Shown: one piece after another, positions 46,173 through 56,700 of the stretch
Position numbering within the stretch: the stretch's first letter is position 1
Layout of the letters: each line of letters starts with the position of its first letter
IMG/VR virus record: IMGVR_UViG_3300022602_000027
Reading direction: 5' to 3' (one strand)
DNA length: 64,000 nt
Origin: a virus
Taxonomy: Duplodnaviria > Caudoviricetes
Notes under the pieces: model-generated
What the model was told of the DNA's origin: nothing
The model's database searches: none
The model's input: only the letters and a program-made list of their open reading frames with translations
Made by a program: the position numbers and the translations under genes

Positions 46173-48734
46173 TTAACGTCGAGCTATTTGCAACCAACGA
46201 GCTAGTTCTGCGTCTACTGATTCTTTTTGTACTTGTCCGTTATTTGTAACTGTTTGAGTTGTACTTACTGGTGCAGTTGGAGTGTTAACACCATTTCCGC
46301 CAATAGTAGTACCAGCTGGTACCATTGGTACAGTTAATCCTTTTGGATCTGCATTTTGTCCAGACTGTGGAGGTTCACATTTAACGGAATCAATAGCCGC
46401 TTGACCGTGAGCTAAACCTTGTTTAACAGCAACATCATTTTGATCAGCTTGTTGTAGTTGTTGCATTTCGCCTTTGATAGTTTGAATCAATTGCATTTGT
46501 TCTGCGCTACATACTACTTTAGCATTTGCATCTTGTTTATTTGCATCTTGTTTACTTGGATCGGCATTTTGTACACCGCCACCGCCACCTGCACCACCAC
46601 CACCGCCACCTGCACCACCAGCATCGCTTGCGGCATATAATCCGGCACCAACTGCTCCAGCAGTAATTAAACCAAGTGCAATGGCTTTTTTAGGATTAGC
46701 TTTAATCCAGTTAGCAATGCCTCCTGATTTAATTTCTTGTTTTTCTATATCAGTTAACGCAGTACTAGACATAGCTTTAGTTTCTGCGGCGGCAAGTTCT
46801 TCTTTGCTTGCCTTAATCATTGTATTTTGTGCGGCTGTTAAATCATTAACAGTTTGGCTAGCAGGCGTGTGTGTTCCCATGTTCTGGTTAGCACTTGCTT
46901 GATTGTTCTTTATAGTGTTTGGATTTTTTGGATCTGCTTTATGAACTGTTACATTTGGATTAGCAGCCTTGTCAGCGGCATTTACAGCTGATTTTTCTCC
47001 GCCAGCAACTGTTTTATCAGCGGCTTTTGCCGCACCACCGCCGAACATTCCGGTTAGTTTATTCCAACCTGTTTTTAGACCACCGCCAATTTGATTTCTA
47101 AATCTACTAAAGAAGTTTCCGCCTACTTCGTCAGCCGCTAATCCAGCACCTGATTTTTCAAACAAGAAATTTTCACTTAGGTATTCTTCTGCGTTGGCAA
47201 TTTCCCATCCATCTTCACTGTATAGTACATTGTTTTCGTCTAAGTATACCCAAACATCTTTTGAATTTTCAATATCATTTAAACGATTGCGTAGACTTGC
47301 AATACTTTCTGCAAGAGTCAACGGAGCACTTTCCGAAATGCCGGCAGTTGAATAAGTAGTTGCATCTGGCTTACCTGTAGCAGGTAAACTATTCTTTTGT
47401 TGCCATGCTTGTAATGCTTTTTGTGTTTCTGGACCAAACTTACCATCAGGTTTAACACCGATAGTTGATTGCAAAGCCGCTAGTTTCTGATCACCACCGG
47501 CAGCTAATACTGCTTGGTCAGATGCCGCTCTAGCCGCATCGGCAGCCATAAATCCACCAACAGCGGCACCTTGTTTCCCAACAAACTTAGCGGCACCTTT
47601 AGCGGCAGCACCTGGATTGGCTACAACTTTTGCCCCAGTAGTTGCGGCCTTTTGAGCGGCTAATGCCGCTAATTCTTTTGCTCCTAATTTTCCAGCACCG
47701 CGAACTGCCGCACCGGCAGCACCAACGCCTGGAACTAAGAACGGAGCAACCATGCCTGCAATTTCTCCACCTTTATATAAATTAGGACTACGTGCTTGTG
47801 CCGCGGCATCTGCATCATATTCTTTACTTAATTCGTCTTTATACTTTGTACCATTCCACAAGCTCTTAACACCTGCGTTAATATTATTGCCAAATCCAAA
47901 TGTAAGACCTTGTTCAGCCCCGCGAGCTGTATCACCAACATCTTGTCCAAATTGATTTAAACTATATTCTGCTACTTGTTCTTCATCTTCAAACAAATAT
48001 CCAAAACTTTCAGTTAATTCTCTTGCAAGACTTTCTTTGTTTAATTGCTTGTATGCATCAACACCGGCCGCACCTAAAGCTCCGCCTATAGCTCCTGGAA
48101 TCCCAGCAGTTAATCCACCGGCACCTGCACCACCAGCCGCCGCGATTCCAAGCTCGGGCCAATTAAAAGGTTTGCCTGTTTTAGGGTCGATTTTTTTAGG
48201 ATCCGTATCTTGTTTTGTATTAGGTGCTGGAGCAGGTGCTGGAGCAGGTGCTGGAGCAGGTGCTGGAGCAGGTGCTGGAGCAGGCTGTGCTTTTTGCAAT
48301 TGATCAATAGCCGCATATAATTTTTGCAAATGCTCTTGTTTAAATTCTTCTTTTTCAGCTCTAGTATTAGCTGTTTGGCTCATACCTTGTAAGCCTTTGT
48401 CGTATTCGTCACCACTGTAACCTGTTAGACGACCAAAGAACGATGATGTTTTTGCTTTTTGTGGTAATAGACCTTTATCAGCAAGTTGGTAGTCAACATC
48501 TTTACTAGCTGTTCCCCATTGTTTTTGACCTTGGTTATTAACAAATGCACCTGATACTGGATCATATAGTCCTGGAACTTGATATTGTGTTGCTAGTTGT
48601 CCTAGAATTTGAAAACGTTTTGCATCATCTTGCTCAGTACCTGCAATGGCCTTTTGGATGTCTGCCATTGCAGTTTCATCTAATTTATAGTTTTCTAAAA
48701 TATCTATTCTTTGAATAAGGTCTTTAATGTTCAT
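46173..48734 (-). CDS. Large probable internal virion/ejection protein with a peptidoglycan-binding domain
   Basis: LQSTIGVKPDGKFGPETQKALQAWQ (PG_binding_1), Gly/Ala zipper hydrophobic segments, multiple L/I-x-E sites and low-complexity linkers. Confidence 0.6.
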   Translation of the reverse strand: MNIKDLIQRIDILENYKLDETAMADIQKAIAGTEQDDAKRFQILGQLATQYQVPGLYDPVSGAFVNNQGQKQWGTASKDVDYQLADKGLLPQKAKTSSFFGRLTGYSGDEYDKGLQGMSQTANTRAEKEEFKQEHLQKLYAAIDQLQKAQPAPAPAPAPAPAPAPAPAPAPNTKQDTDPKKIDPKTGKPFNWPELGIAAAGGAGAGGLTAGIPGAIGGALGAAGVDAYKQLNKESLARELTESFGYLFEDEEQVAEYSLNQFGQDVGDTARGAEQGLTFGFGNNINAGVKSLWNGTKYKDELSKEYDADAAAQARSPNLYKGGEIAGMVAPFLVPGVGAAGAAVRGAGKLGAKELAALAAQKAATTGAKVVANPGAAAKGAAKFVGKQGAAVGGFMAADAARAASDQAVLAAGGDQKLAALQSTIGVKPDGKFGPETQKALQAWQQKNSLPATGKPDATTYSTAGISESAPLTLAESIASLRNRLNDIENSKDVWVYLDENNVLYSEDGWEIANAEEYLSENFLFEKSGAGLAADEVGGNFFSRFRNQIGGGLKTGWNKLTGMFGGGAAKAADKTVAGGEKSAVNAADKAANPNVTVHKADPKNPNTIKNNQASANQNMGTHTPASQTVNDLTAAQNTMIKASKEELAAAETKAMSSTALTDIEKQEIKSGGIANWIKANPKKAIALGLITAGAVGAGLYAASDAGGAGGGGGGAGGGGGVQNADPSKQDANKQDANAKVVCSAEQMQLIQTIKGEMQQLQQADQNDVAVKQGLAHGQAAIDSVKCEPPQSGQNADPKGLTVPMVPAGTTIGGNGVNTPTAPVSTTQTVTNNGQVQKESVDAELARWLQIARR
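46525..46554. repeat. 15-nt tandem repeat x2 (KQDAN)
   Basis: tttgcatcttgttta, two exact copies. Confidence 0.9.
46579..46620. repeat. 21-nt tandem repeat x2 (Gly-rich GGAGGGG)
   Basis: ccaccgccacctgcaccacca, two exact copies. Confidence 0.9.
48222..48281. repeat. 12-nt tandem repeat x5 encoding a (PA)n linker
   Basis: aggtgctggagc, five exact copies. Confidence 0.95.
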
Positions 48735-48746
48735 TTTACTTTCCTG

Positions 48747-49805
48747 TTATCTAACTGAGCATTTAGGCACAATTTTACCGTTTTTAGTTTGTACTCCAGT
48801 CTGAACTTGTCCGTCTCGACAAGGACTAGTTTTTTTCTTTGCTTTAATTGTTTTTACTTTATGTGGCTTTGCAGGCGCCATTGGCTTTGCAGGCTTTGCC
48901 ATTCCGTCTTCACTAAGTCCAGTAGGTATGTTTGCGCTTCTGCGCCCGCCCATACGTTTAATTTCAGCTAATTGTTCTATGCCGTGACGAACTTGTTCAA
49001 CGTTCATTTCTAATTCTGGGAATAAGTTAGCAAGATGTTGCCATACACGTGGATCATCGCTCTTTGCCATTTCTGCTAAATCAACTAATTGTCTGCCTGC
49101 ACGTAACATACGTGATCTAATGCTAGCTGGATTAACACCGTTATGGCTATGAATTTCGCTATCTAATGGGCTGTCTTTATTAAAATTAACAGCCATCTCT
49201 GATAATCCGTGCTCTCTGTACAAATCATGCAACTCTTCATCACTTGCAAGTTCTAAATGATTTAAATCGATACCAGTACGCTTGCTGATACGGCGCATCA
49301 TACGATAACGGCGTGTTGGATGCATAGTTGAACTTGCATCTTCTTTTTGCTGTTCTTCACCTAGTCCTAAACTTGCACGACCATCTGTATCTACTACATT
49401 GTCTTGTGGGCCCGGCCCTGTAGACATTACTTTAGATCTTGTTAAATCAGAAGTATCATAACTTTCTTTCATTAAGACACGTTCAGCAATTTGCTGACTG
49501 TACTGTCTTAATAATTGTTGTTTTGATGTACGTTCTTCGGCAACTTCTTCTTCTACTTGAGTAAAGAATTTGCGAATACCTGTTCGTTCTACATTTTGTT
49601 GTAGTACAGGTTCTTCTGCTTTTTGATAGTGTTGCATTGCCATTTGTACCGGTAATGATACTTTATGAGGATTTGAACCTTCTTGCAATAGTTGAATGCT
49701 AGCATTTTTATCTACAATAGATAAAAATTTAGCCATGTCATTAGCGCCTACTACAGGTTTAGTAGCAACACCATCCATCGCCTGTAGTATGCGCTTCATG
49801 TCCAT
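48747..49805 (-). CDS. Probable prohead core/internal protein
   Basis: MDMKRIL..MD start, several L-x-E sites, and C-terminal PCRDGQVQTGVQTKNGKIVPKC motif of the C..GY...G.K...VP.C type seen in T4-like head proteins. Confidence 0.5.
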   Translation of the reverse strand: MDMKRILQAMDGVATKPVVGANDMAKFLSIVDKNASIQLLQEGSNPHKVSLPVQMAMQHYQKAEEPVLQQNVERTGIRKFFTQVEEEVAEERTSKQQLLRQYSQQIAERVLMKESYDTSDLTRSKVMSTGPGPQDNVVDTDGRASLGLGEEQQKEDASSTMHPTRRYRMMRRISKRTGIDLNHLELASDEELHDLYREHGLSEMAVNFNKDSPLDSEIHSHNGVNPASIRSRMLRAGRQLVDLAEMAKSDDPRVWQHLANLFPELEMNVEQVRHGIEQLAEIKRMGGRRSANIPTGLSEDGMAKPAKPMAPAKPHKVKTIKAKKKTSPCRDGQVQTGVQTKNGKIVPKCSVR

Positions 49806-49811
49806 TGAGTA

Positions 49812-51314
49812 TTATCCCAATAGTTTTTGTGTCAATGCACGGATTTGATCAACTTCACGATTTTCAACTAACGCTGGAGTTTCGGCACGATTTAAACGAG
49901 CCATTTGCTCTTTCATACGTGTAAAATCTGTTGATTCGTTAACTGCTTCTTTGAATGGCTTACCTGCTTTGGCGGCGGCCTTAGCACGTGAACCCCATAC
50001 TTCGTCTTTGTTGCTTTCTACTTTACCGTCGCCGTCGTAGTCTTTGTCAGCTTTTTTAGCAACAGCTTTTTTCTCTTCGATGTAAGCAGTAGTTTCTTTG
50101 ATATTCTTCCACATAGCGGCAGCGGCAATCTTCTCACCTTTCTCACCACCACCAGCTTTCTTAGCTAGTTTGTCAAAGTTTTTACCTGGCTTGCCAATGT
50201 CTCCACCTGCTTTAGCTTTCTTAACTGTAGCAGATTTTTTCTCTTTGCTTAGTCCTGCGCTCGGCTTACCTTCTTGCATTGGTGCAGGTGCCATTGGTGC
50301 AGGTGCGGCTGATACAGTTGCTGGTGGAGGAGTAGTTGTATCACATTCGTACATTTGTCCACCTTTAATTGATGGATGGCTGTGATAGCACTCGCCCATA
50401 GCACCGTGTTGAATCTTACCACCGTGCTTCATGCACTCGGCTTTGTGGTGTTGGCATAGATCTAAATTACCTGCTTTGTGATGTTTAGCATATTCAGTTG
50501 CGTGATGATGTGCTAATTCAGCTGGGCTCATATTTTCTTTAAGATTTTTTTTACCTAGTTTTTTACTATCAATTTTTTCTAATTTATCGTGGTGAGCTTT
50601 TTTATCTGGATGCGCACCCTTCATAGATCCTTCTGGAAGTAGTTCGTCATCATTGCTTTGATTCATACGCTTAATAGCGGCATGAGTAGCTTTCATCTTA
50701 GTATGATATGCTTCTGCTTTAGCAACAACGTTTGGATGAGCACGATCTCTTACGTGTGCTTTAGCAACATGTCCACTACCGCCACATGCTGAACATGGTT
50801 CTGTCATTTCCTCATCTAAATCTTTATCTGGGGAATTGCCATGACCTTTATAGCTATCTGGGAATTGTTTTTCGTAACGAGCACCAGTTTTAGTCTTAGT
50901 TGCTTTATGACCAGTTTTAGTCTTATATGTATCGCCTTCTTCGTCACTAGCATCAAACGAATCTTTGTTTGAATGTTCTTTACTTTCTTGAGCAATTTTG
51001 GCAGCTTGAGATTTTTTAAGCTCTTTCATTTTAGCTTTAGCTTCTGATAACACGGATAATGCATGAGCTTTTTTCTCTGCGTCCATAGAACTTTCGTTCA
51101 AATATTTGCTGTAATTATTGAACTTTGTTTCATATTCTAAATAGTGATATACTGATGCAATGCTATCAGCTGCCTTAGATACCTTTGATTCTACCCAAGG
51201 CTCTAAATTTTCACTACCTTCTAGTTGTTCAAACAACTTCTTAGCGTAGCTTGCTAGTTTGTATAAGTCGGCTTTAGCCATATTTCCATCCATATTGTTA
51301 TCTAAATCTGCCAT
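49812..51314 (-). CDS. Probable prohead core/internal protein, mosaic of short modules
   Basis: N-terminal G.MAK.DL...L.PWV.SK...AAD helical hairpin, CSACGGSG, a His/Cys-rich patch, a Lys-rich patch and DKDYDGDG. Confidence 0.5.
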   Translation of the reverse strand: MADLDNNMDGNMAKADLYKLASYAKKLFEQLEGSENLEPWVESKVSKAADSIASVYHYLEYETKFNNYSKYLNESSMDAEKKAHALSVLSEAKAKMKELKKSQAAKIAQESKEHSNKDSFDASDEEGDTYKTKTGHKATKTKTGARYEKQFPDSYKGHGNSPDKDLDEEMTEPCSACGGSGHVAKAHVRDRAHPNVVAKAEAYHTKMKATHAAIKRMNQSNDDELLPEGSMKGAHPDKKAHHDKLEKIDSKKLGKKNLKENMSPAELAHHHATEYAKHHKAGNLDLCQHHKAECMKHGGKIQHGAMGECYHSHPSIKGGQMYECDTTTPPPATVSAAPAPMAPAPMQEGKPSAGLSKEKKSATVKKAKAGGDIGKPGKNFDKLAKKAGGGEKGEKIAAAAMWKNIKETTAYIEEKKAVAKKADKDYDGDGKVESNKDEVWGSRAKAAAKAGKPFKEAVNESTDFTRMKEQMARLNRAETPALVENREVDQIRALTQKLLG

Positions 51315-51340
51315 GTTAAACTCCGTGTTTATCGATATTA

Positions 51341-51348
51341 TATTTATC
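51341..51348 (-). promoter_or_regulatory. Late promoter GATAAATA
   Basis: Overlaps the upstream TAA stop; 27 nt before the 51314 start. Confidence 0.7.
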
Positions 51349-52159
51349 GTCTTTTGATGATTGCGGCTTTTTTACGAGCCTTTGGTTTGTAGTCTTCCAT
51401 CGGAGCTCCAAACAAACTTACTTTATTTTGATCCAGTGCATTAACGCTTTTTACGGGCTTATTATTAGCGTTATTAGCATAATCTGGGTTTATTACTGTG
51501 GCTACATTAGCGGAACTTGTAGCACCTACTGTAGCTGATTCTTTAACGTTCTGCTCTTTCATTAGCGCAGAATTACCTGTGCTGTTTTCAATGTCTTGTT
51601 CTTTACTACTAATAGAGTAGTCCATAACAGTTACAATTTTATCTGAGGCTTGCGCAATTTCACTTTGAACCCAGTCCGGTAAATCTTCGTCATCACCTAT
51701 TGCATTAATCAAGTGTGTTATTACTCGGTTCATAGTATGAAGTTGATTTTTAACAAAATTGCCTTCGCCTTGGGTATGATTCTTAGGATCTACATTTTTT
51801 ATTTCTGTATCTCTAACGTTGCCTTTAAACTCTTCTGCTACGCCCTCTGGTTTACCAAATGGGAATACTTCGATCCATTTGCCGCCTTCGTTTTTAACAA
51901 ATTTACCTTGATGAAACTTACTGCGTACAATATGGGCATGTTTAAGTGCTCGTGTTTGATCGGGTCTCCAGCCGTTGTATTCTGCTTCTCCCTTGTCATC
52001 AGGATAAACCCATTTTTCTTTCATGCGACCGTCAACAACTTTGTACCATCTTGATGGTGGTTCAGCGGCATCGTCTTCGTGGCCCATACGCTGGATATCA
52101 CGTTTACTCCAGCCTGTTACGTCACGGAAACCTGCTTCAATTAAATTGTGCATTTTCAT
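51344..52159 (-). CDS. Probable internal head protein
   Basis: MKMHNLIE targeting-like start; contains the same EG..VKNQL...LPDWVQS.I..ASD hairpin as the next gene. Confidence 0.55.
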   Translation of the reverse strand: MKMHNLIEAGFRDVTGWSKRDIQRMGHEDDAAEPPSRWYKVVDGRMKEKWVYPDDKGEAEYNGWRPDQTRALKHAHIVRSKFHQGKFVKNEGGKWIEVFPFGKPEGVAEEFKGNVRDTEIKNVDPKNHTQGEGNFVKNQLHTMNRVITHLINAIGDDEDLPDWVQSEIAQASDKIVTVMDYSISSKEQDIENSTGNSALMKEQNVKESATVGATSSANVATVINPDYANNANNKPVKSVNALDQNKVSLFGAPMEDYKPKARKKAAIIKRR

Positions 52160-52386
52160 TTTGTTCTTCCTCTAAAGCCTGTACCTACTGCACGTTCACC
52201 GCCCATAAATTTAGGTAAACTAAACCACAACTTAAACCATTCTTCAGTTCCGGGTTGTATATTTTGCTCACGCTCTATAATTCGTTTCTCTGTACCAGTT
52301 ATACTAATATTACTTCCGCCATAAGGTTGAAGTCCTTTAAACTCTGTAATGCCTGCCAACTTCTTAAGACGTGCTAGTTCATCCAT
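52156..52386 (-). CDS. Small conserved protein (MDELARLKKLAGITE)
   Basis: 76 aa; NIQPGTEEWFKLWF motif. Confidence 0.65.
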   Translation of the reverse strand: MDELARLKKLAGITEFKGLQPYGGSNISITGTEKRIIEREQNIQPGTEEWFKLWFSLPKFMGGERAVGTGFRGRTK

Positions 52387-52829
52387 TACTTAAGACTCGC
52401 TCTCAACATCCAGCTGTGTTTTTTATGTGCATCTTGACGATCAGCCAAGAAATTGCTTAGTCCATGATCACCATGTCCTTCTGCCATATCAAAAGTAATA
52501 CGAAATATTTCTGACATCTTTTCGCTATCTGCTAACAATTCACTTAACATTCCATGTGTATCGGGAACAGCATTTTCATCTTCAACTGCTGATAACAAAC
52601 TAAATTTTTGTAGGCTAGCAGGTGTATATACTTCTAACGCACGAATTTGTTCAGCAAATGTATCAATGCTACCGTATACTTCGTCATAAATTCTTTCAAA
52701 CAATAAATGCAGTTGATAAAATATTGGCCCTTCACAGTTCCAATGAAAATTTTGTGCCTTTAATGCAAAGGCATATTCACTGGCAAATGCAGTCTTGAGT
52801 GCTAAATGATATTTGTTTGATTCTTCCAT
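52386..52829 (-). CDS. dps: Dps/ferritin-like DNA protection protein
   Basis: LKAQNFHWN.EG..FYQLHLLFE.IY.E...IDTFAEQIRAL ferroxidase signature; HKK..WML.A end. Confidence 0.92.
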   Translation of the reverse strand: MEESNKYHLALKTAFASEYAFALKAQNFHWNCEGPIFYQLHLLFERIYDEVYGSIDTFAEQIRALEVYTPASLQKFSLLSAVEDENAVPDTHGMLSELLADSEKMSEIFRITFDMAEGHGDHGLSNFLADRQDAHKKHSWMLRASLK

Positions 52830-53383
52830 TATACACCGTACTTGTTACGAGGTTTTTGTGCAACTGGACTAGTTTGATTTACAGTTGACAACTCTACACT
52901 AGGCTTACTAGTTTTTAAGCTAGTCTTATGCCCTTGTCGTTTAATTTCTTTATCAAACCTTGCATGTTCTTCAGGAGCGAAAGGCATAAAGAATGGATGC
53001 TTACCGATATTGTCGGCAGTGGCAATATTACGATCCCCGGCTGCTAGTCCCATACCTAATCTATATACACCGTAGAAATCGCTTGGTAAATCTTCTACAC
53101 TAAATGCTCCGGGCATCGCAGCCTTTGATTCATCGGATAAATCTCCTCGAATACTACCGTATTCATTATTATCTTGATGACGACTATGCGTGTCATGCGG
53201 GGATCCATCTTTTGGAACCCCTAACTTACCTGATGTAAATGATTTAGGGTTGTATTTTTTTGTAGCTTGAGTTATTTTACCGTCCTTTTTTGTTTGCGCA
53301 AGAGTTTTACCTTGACGATCAACTTTGTCAGGGTTGCTTATGCTATCATCAGCAGATTCGATAATAAATTCTTTAGCTCTCAT
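52829..53383 (-). CDS. Probable capsid-targeted protein with a conserved unknown C-terminal domain
   Basis: MRAKEFIIE start; YRLGMGLA...SPVAQKPRNKYGV end. Confidence 0.7.
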   Translation of the reverse strand: MRAKEFIIESADDSISNPDKVDRQGKTLAQTKKDGKITQATKKYNPKSFTSGKLGVPKDGSPHDTHSRHQDNNEYGSIRGDLSDESKAAMPGAFSVEDLPSDFYGVYRLGMGLAAGDRNIATADNIGKHPFFMPFAPEEHARFDKEIKRQGHKTSLKTSKPSVELSTVNQTSPVAQKPRNKYGV

Positions 53384-53767
53384 TTAAATTCCGTATTTGT
53401 TTCGTTTCTTAGCGGCTACAGGACTTACATTGTGTACATCATCGGGTTCGTGGCTTGGAGTACGTGGACGAACTTGATGGTATTCTGTAGGTATTGCTTT
53501 ATGAACTTGCTGTATCATTTCATGTTCTTTATCAGTATATGGGTGTAAAGTCCACATAGTCCCCATCCAGCTTTCGTGATCAATATCAAGTTTTTCATTA
53601 CTACCGTCTGCCATTGCTAGTGCCATACCTGTACGCAATTGGTGATATGATGGATACCAACCACCTGGATCACGCTGACGGCTGTATCCTTGATGGACTG
53701 CTTCGTGGTCCGGATGCGTTTGCCCAGATCGTTCAGTTATGAATTCTTTAGCTCTCATTTAAATTCC
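53367..53767. repeat. 26-nt direct repeat at two gene junctions (53367-53392 and 53742-53767)
   Basis: aattctttagctctcatttaaattcc is identical in both and spans a stop codon plus the next start. Confidence 0.9.
53384..53758 (-). CDS. Probable capsid-targeted protein, stand-alone copy of the same domain
   Basis: MRAKEFITE start; LRTGMALA...SPVAAKKRNKYGI end. Confidence 0.7.
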   Translation of the reverse strand: MRAKEFITERSGQTHPDHEAVHQGYSRQRDPGGWYPSYHQLRTGMALAMADGSNEKLDIDHESWMGTMWTLHPYTDKEHEMIQQVHKAIPTEYHQVRPRTPSHEPDDVHNVSPVAAKKRNKYGI

Positions 53768-56700
53768 ATACTTGTTACGTTTAGGCTTAGCCACTGGACT
53801 ATTCTTATTAATGTTGTCTGGCTCGCGACTACGATCTGATAATACTGTTGGATTACCGATGCCTAAAGTTTTTCCGGCTGCTTTGATGATTTCTAAATCT
53901 GCATCACTATATGGTGCTAGTAAAGGATCTCCAGCAAACCAACTTGCAGTGGGCATGTCGATATTTTCATCTGCATTAGGGTGAGCACCTGCTAGTGCAA
54001 GTCCAAAACGATATTGCAGATAACTACTACCGTTTGATTTATTCATGCTAATGTCTGGATAACTAACTGCATTATTAAGCCCTGCGATTGAATTATGTGA
54101 AAGCTCTTGAACATCGCCTTGTCCAGCATAAGGCGCATCTTTAGTAGCCGCTGTAATTGTAGCTTTTTCGTTAAGTTGTTTTCTTGTAAATTCGCTTGCT
54201 CGCATTTTTCTAATCCAGTTGTTGGCTTCTTTTATATTTAGCGGTTCAACAGGTGGCTCATCTTGTGCTGGAACTTGTGCCGGTATTTGAGGTTGTGGGT
54301 TAGGATCACGCTTATCAACAACATTTACAGAAGCTCCGGGAACCATGCCCATGCCCTGCTGTGTTACTTGCATTAGATGTTTAATCCAAGAATCTGGTAA
54401 AGGTTTAGCACCAAATGATCCGCCATTAAACGCATCTCGCCAAAATTCCATAGCTGGTTCTTTATGACCATGTGCCGCCAATGCTGCCATTTTGCGTAGT
54501 TGTGTGCCACTTACACCTTGTCCACGTGGCGTAACATCTAAACTTGCGCGAACGTGTTCGTAACCAGCAAACTTGTTAACTGCTTTCATTAGAACTTGTG
54601 CAATATTCATATTAGCACGATCCTCACCCACCATAATAACAATATTGTCGTATCGCGGAGGTTTGCCTGGTAGCGGATTGATTAATTCGTGTTTAATCTT
54701 TTGTAGTAGTGTACCGCCTTCATGTGTGACTGTACTCATATGGCTAGCATATTGCGGATACAATTTATGCCATGTTTGAACTTTGATGCTAGGAGGAATA
54801 GGATCATCCTTGCCTTCTGCATTGCCAATAAACAAATATGGATCACCGCCTAATTCTTTAGCCTTGTTAACTGTATAATTCCACAGCTCTTGATGTCCTT
54901 TGTGTCCAACAAACGACCCTATAGCAACTACAGCAGTTTTATTAGTGTTTTCACGAGTCTGTTCAGCTCTTGCGGCAGCCTTGGCAGCATTTTTATTTGC
55001 AATAATTTGACGTTGCTCTTGGCTGGTAACCTTAATAGGACCTAATCTACTATTAATAACAATACCTTCGTATTCATCACCTAGTAAATTTTTACCAACA
55101 ATATTAGGATCGTTAATAATAGCCTTTTCTAATTCTAGTGCTATCGGTTGTAGTATTTCTTTAGCTTCACGTTTTAGTGCTAGTTTTCCACTAGTTAACA
55201 TTGCTTTAATTTGTTCAATGTTCTCCATTGGGGGAACAATGGCAGTAACATCTAGGGCTTTGTTTTGTGTTAATCTATTGTTAATAAACATAACACTATC
55301 TTGTTGTCCAAGTTTTGTTAATTGTTCAACTACTTTATGCCCATCGGGGATTGACTCACCTGTAGTTGCATCACTAACATGGAACGGAACAAGAGCTAAT
55401 TCAATACCTTCAGGCAATTTGTCATAGTGTATACCGACAAATTTTAATTTACCTTCTGGTGTTTCTGTAGCAAATGGAATGAATAAGACTTCACATGTTA
55501 CTTGTTTGTTTACTAAAAATTCTGGACCTAACTTACTGTCTACTAATTCTATAGCTTTCATCATTTCGTTAAACAAGTCATCAAACATTTGAGCACGACC
55601 TAGTATGTCCGGATCAGTTGTTCCTTTTTGTTGATGGTATTTTACAAATCCAGGTTCATAACGTGGCTCAGTACGGCTAGTACCCATAAAAGGTTTGCCT
55701 TCTGCATTTTTACCAAAGCGTCCACCAAAGCCGTCTACTTTAACATTAAGTGGAATATTCTTTAATTCAAACTTACCATTGTCGTGTAGCTCGTCTAGTA
55801 AATCTAATAAGTCCATTGGTTTTAAATCACGCAAGTGTGGCATACCTTTACGTAATTGTGCTTTAACTTCAGCTTCAGTTAACGGACGACTAGCATTACG
55901 AGCCGCACGTAGTTTGGCAACTTGTGCTCTTGGTTGACGTTCTTCAGGATAATCTTTTTTATACTGTTCAACCTCGTGATGCTCTTCTTCATAATCAGCC
56001 GCCATTGTTTTAGCTTTAGTTTCTAAAGATGCTTTGTCGGTTAAATTAAGATGTGCTAGTGCATAATTAATAGCAGACATTTTAACAGCACGATCGCCTT
56101 CTGGATCGTCTCTGTTTATCATTTGTGAACCTACTTCAAAACACAATTGAATAAAAGCATCCATTGTTATTTGATTTTCTTCAGGAGTTTTAAAAGTATT
56201 CATTAAATCAATAGTACCAACAAAACTTTTTTGTTTTTCGCTTTCCTGTTTATTAGGTTGACGACCAAAGAATAATTCAAACTGTTGATTTAAATCTTGT
56301 ATATAGGGTCTATCTTTAGTAGGTATTTCAATCATAATTGGAATACCGTCCTGCTCGCGTCCAGTTTCTTGATACTTTTGACTCAATCCGCCACCAGTAG
56401 TTCCATGTACAGCAAATGATATGTTACTGTCAGTGATTGGACCTTTTAATTTAGTCTTCATCTGAACATATTTTGTTGTAGGTGATCCTTTAGTTAATGA
56501 TCTATACAAGTATTTGTGGAACACACCTTTGATGCCGCTGACTACCCCAGTGCCATCCTTCTTGCCTTTTTCCTGCGCACTTAAATCGTTCCACTCTGAG
56601 TTGTGACTGAATCTATACCAAGGAGTCGGTGCATTAGTCTTTTGGTCATACTCACCAAATTCAAAATCTATTTGTACTTTGATAGGTAAATGATTTGATG

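Noticed and set aside
48222-48281. Tandem repeats as a possible CRISPR array
   Set aside because: There are no spacers, the units are in-frame coding repeats, and no cas genes are present.
49990-50800. CSACGGSG as a DnaJ zinc finger and DKDYDGDG as an EF-hand protein
   Set aside because: These are single isolated motifs without the rest of either domain.
54300-54950. Calling the HIGH domain a NARP-type NMNAT outright
   Set aside because: HxGH is shared by many transferases and no Nampt or Adps partner is seen in the window, so it is kept only as a hypothesis.
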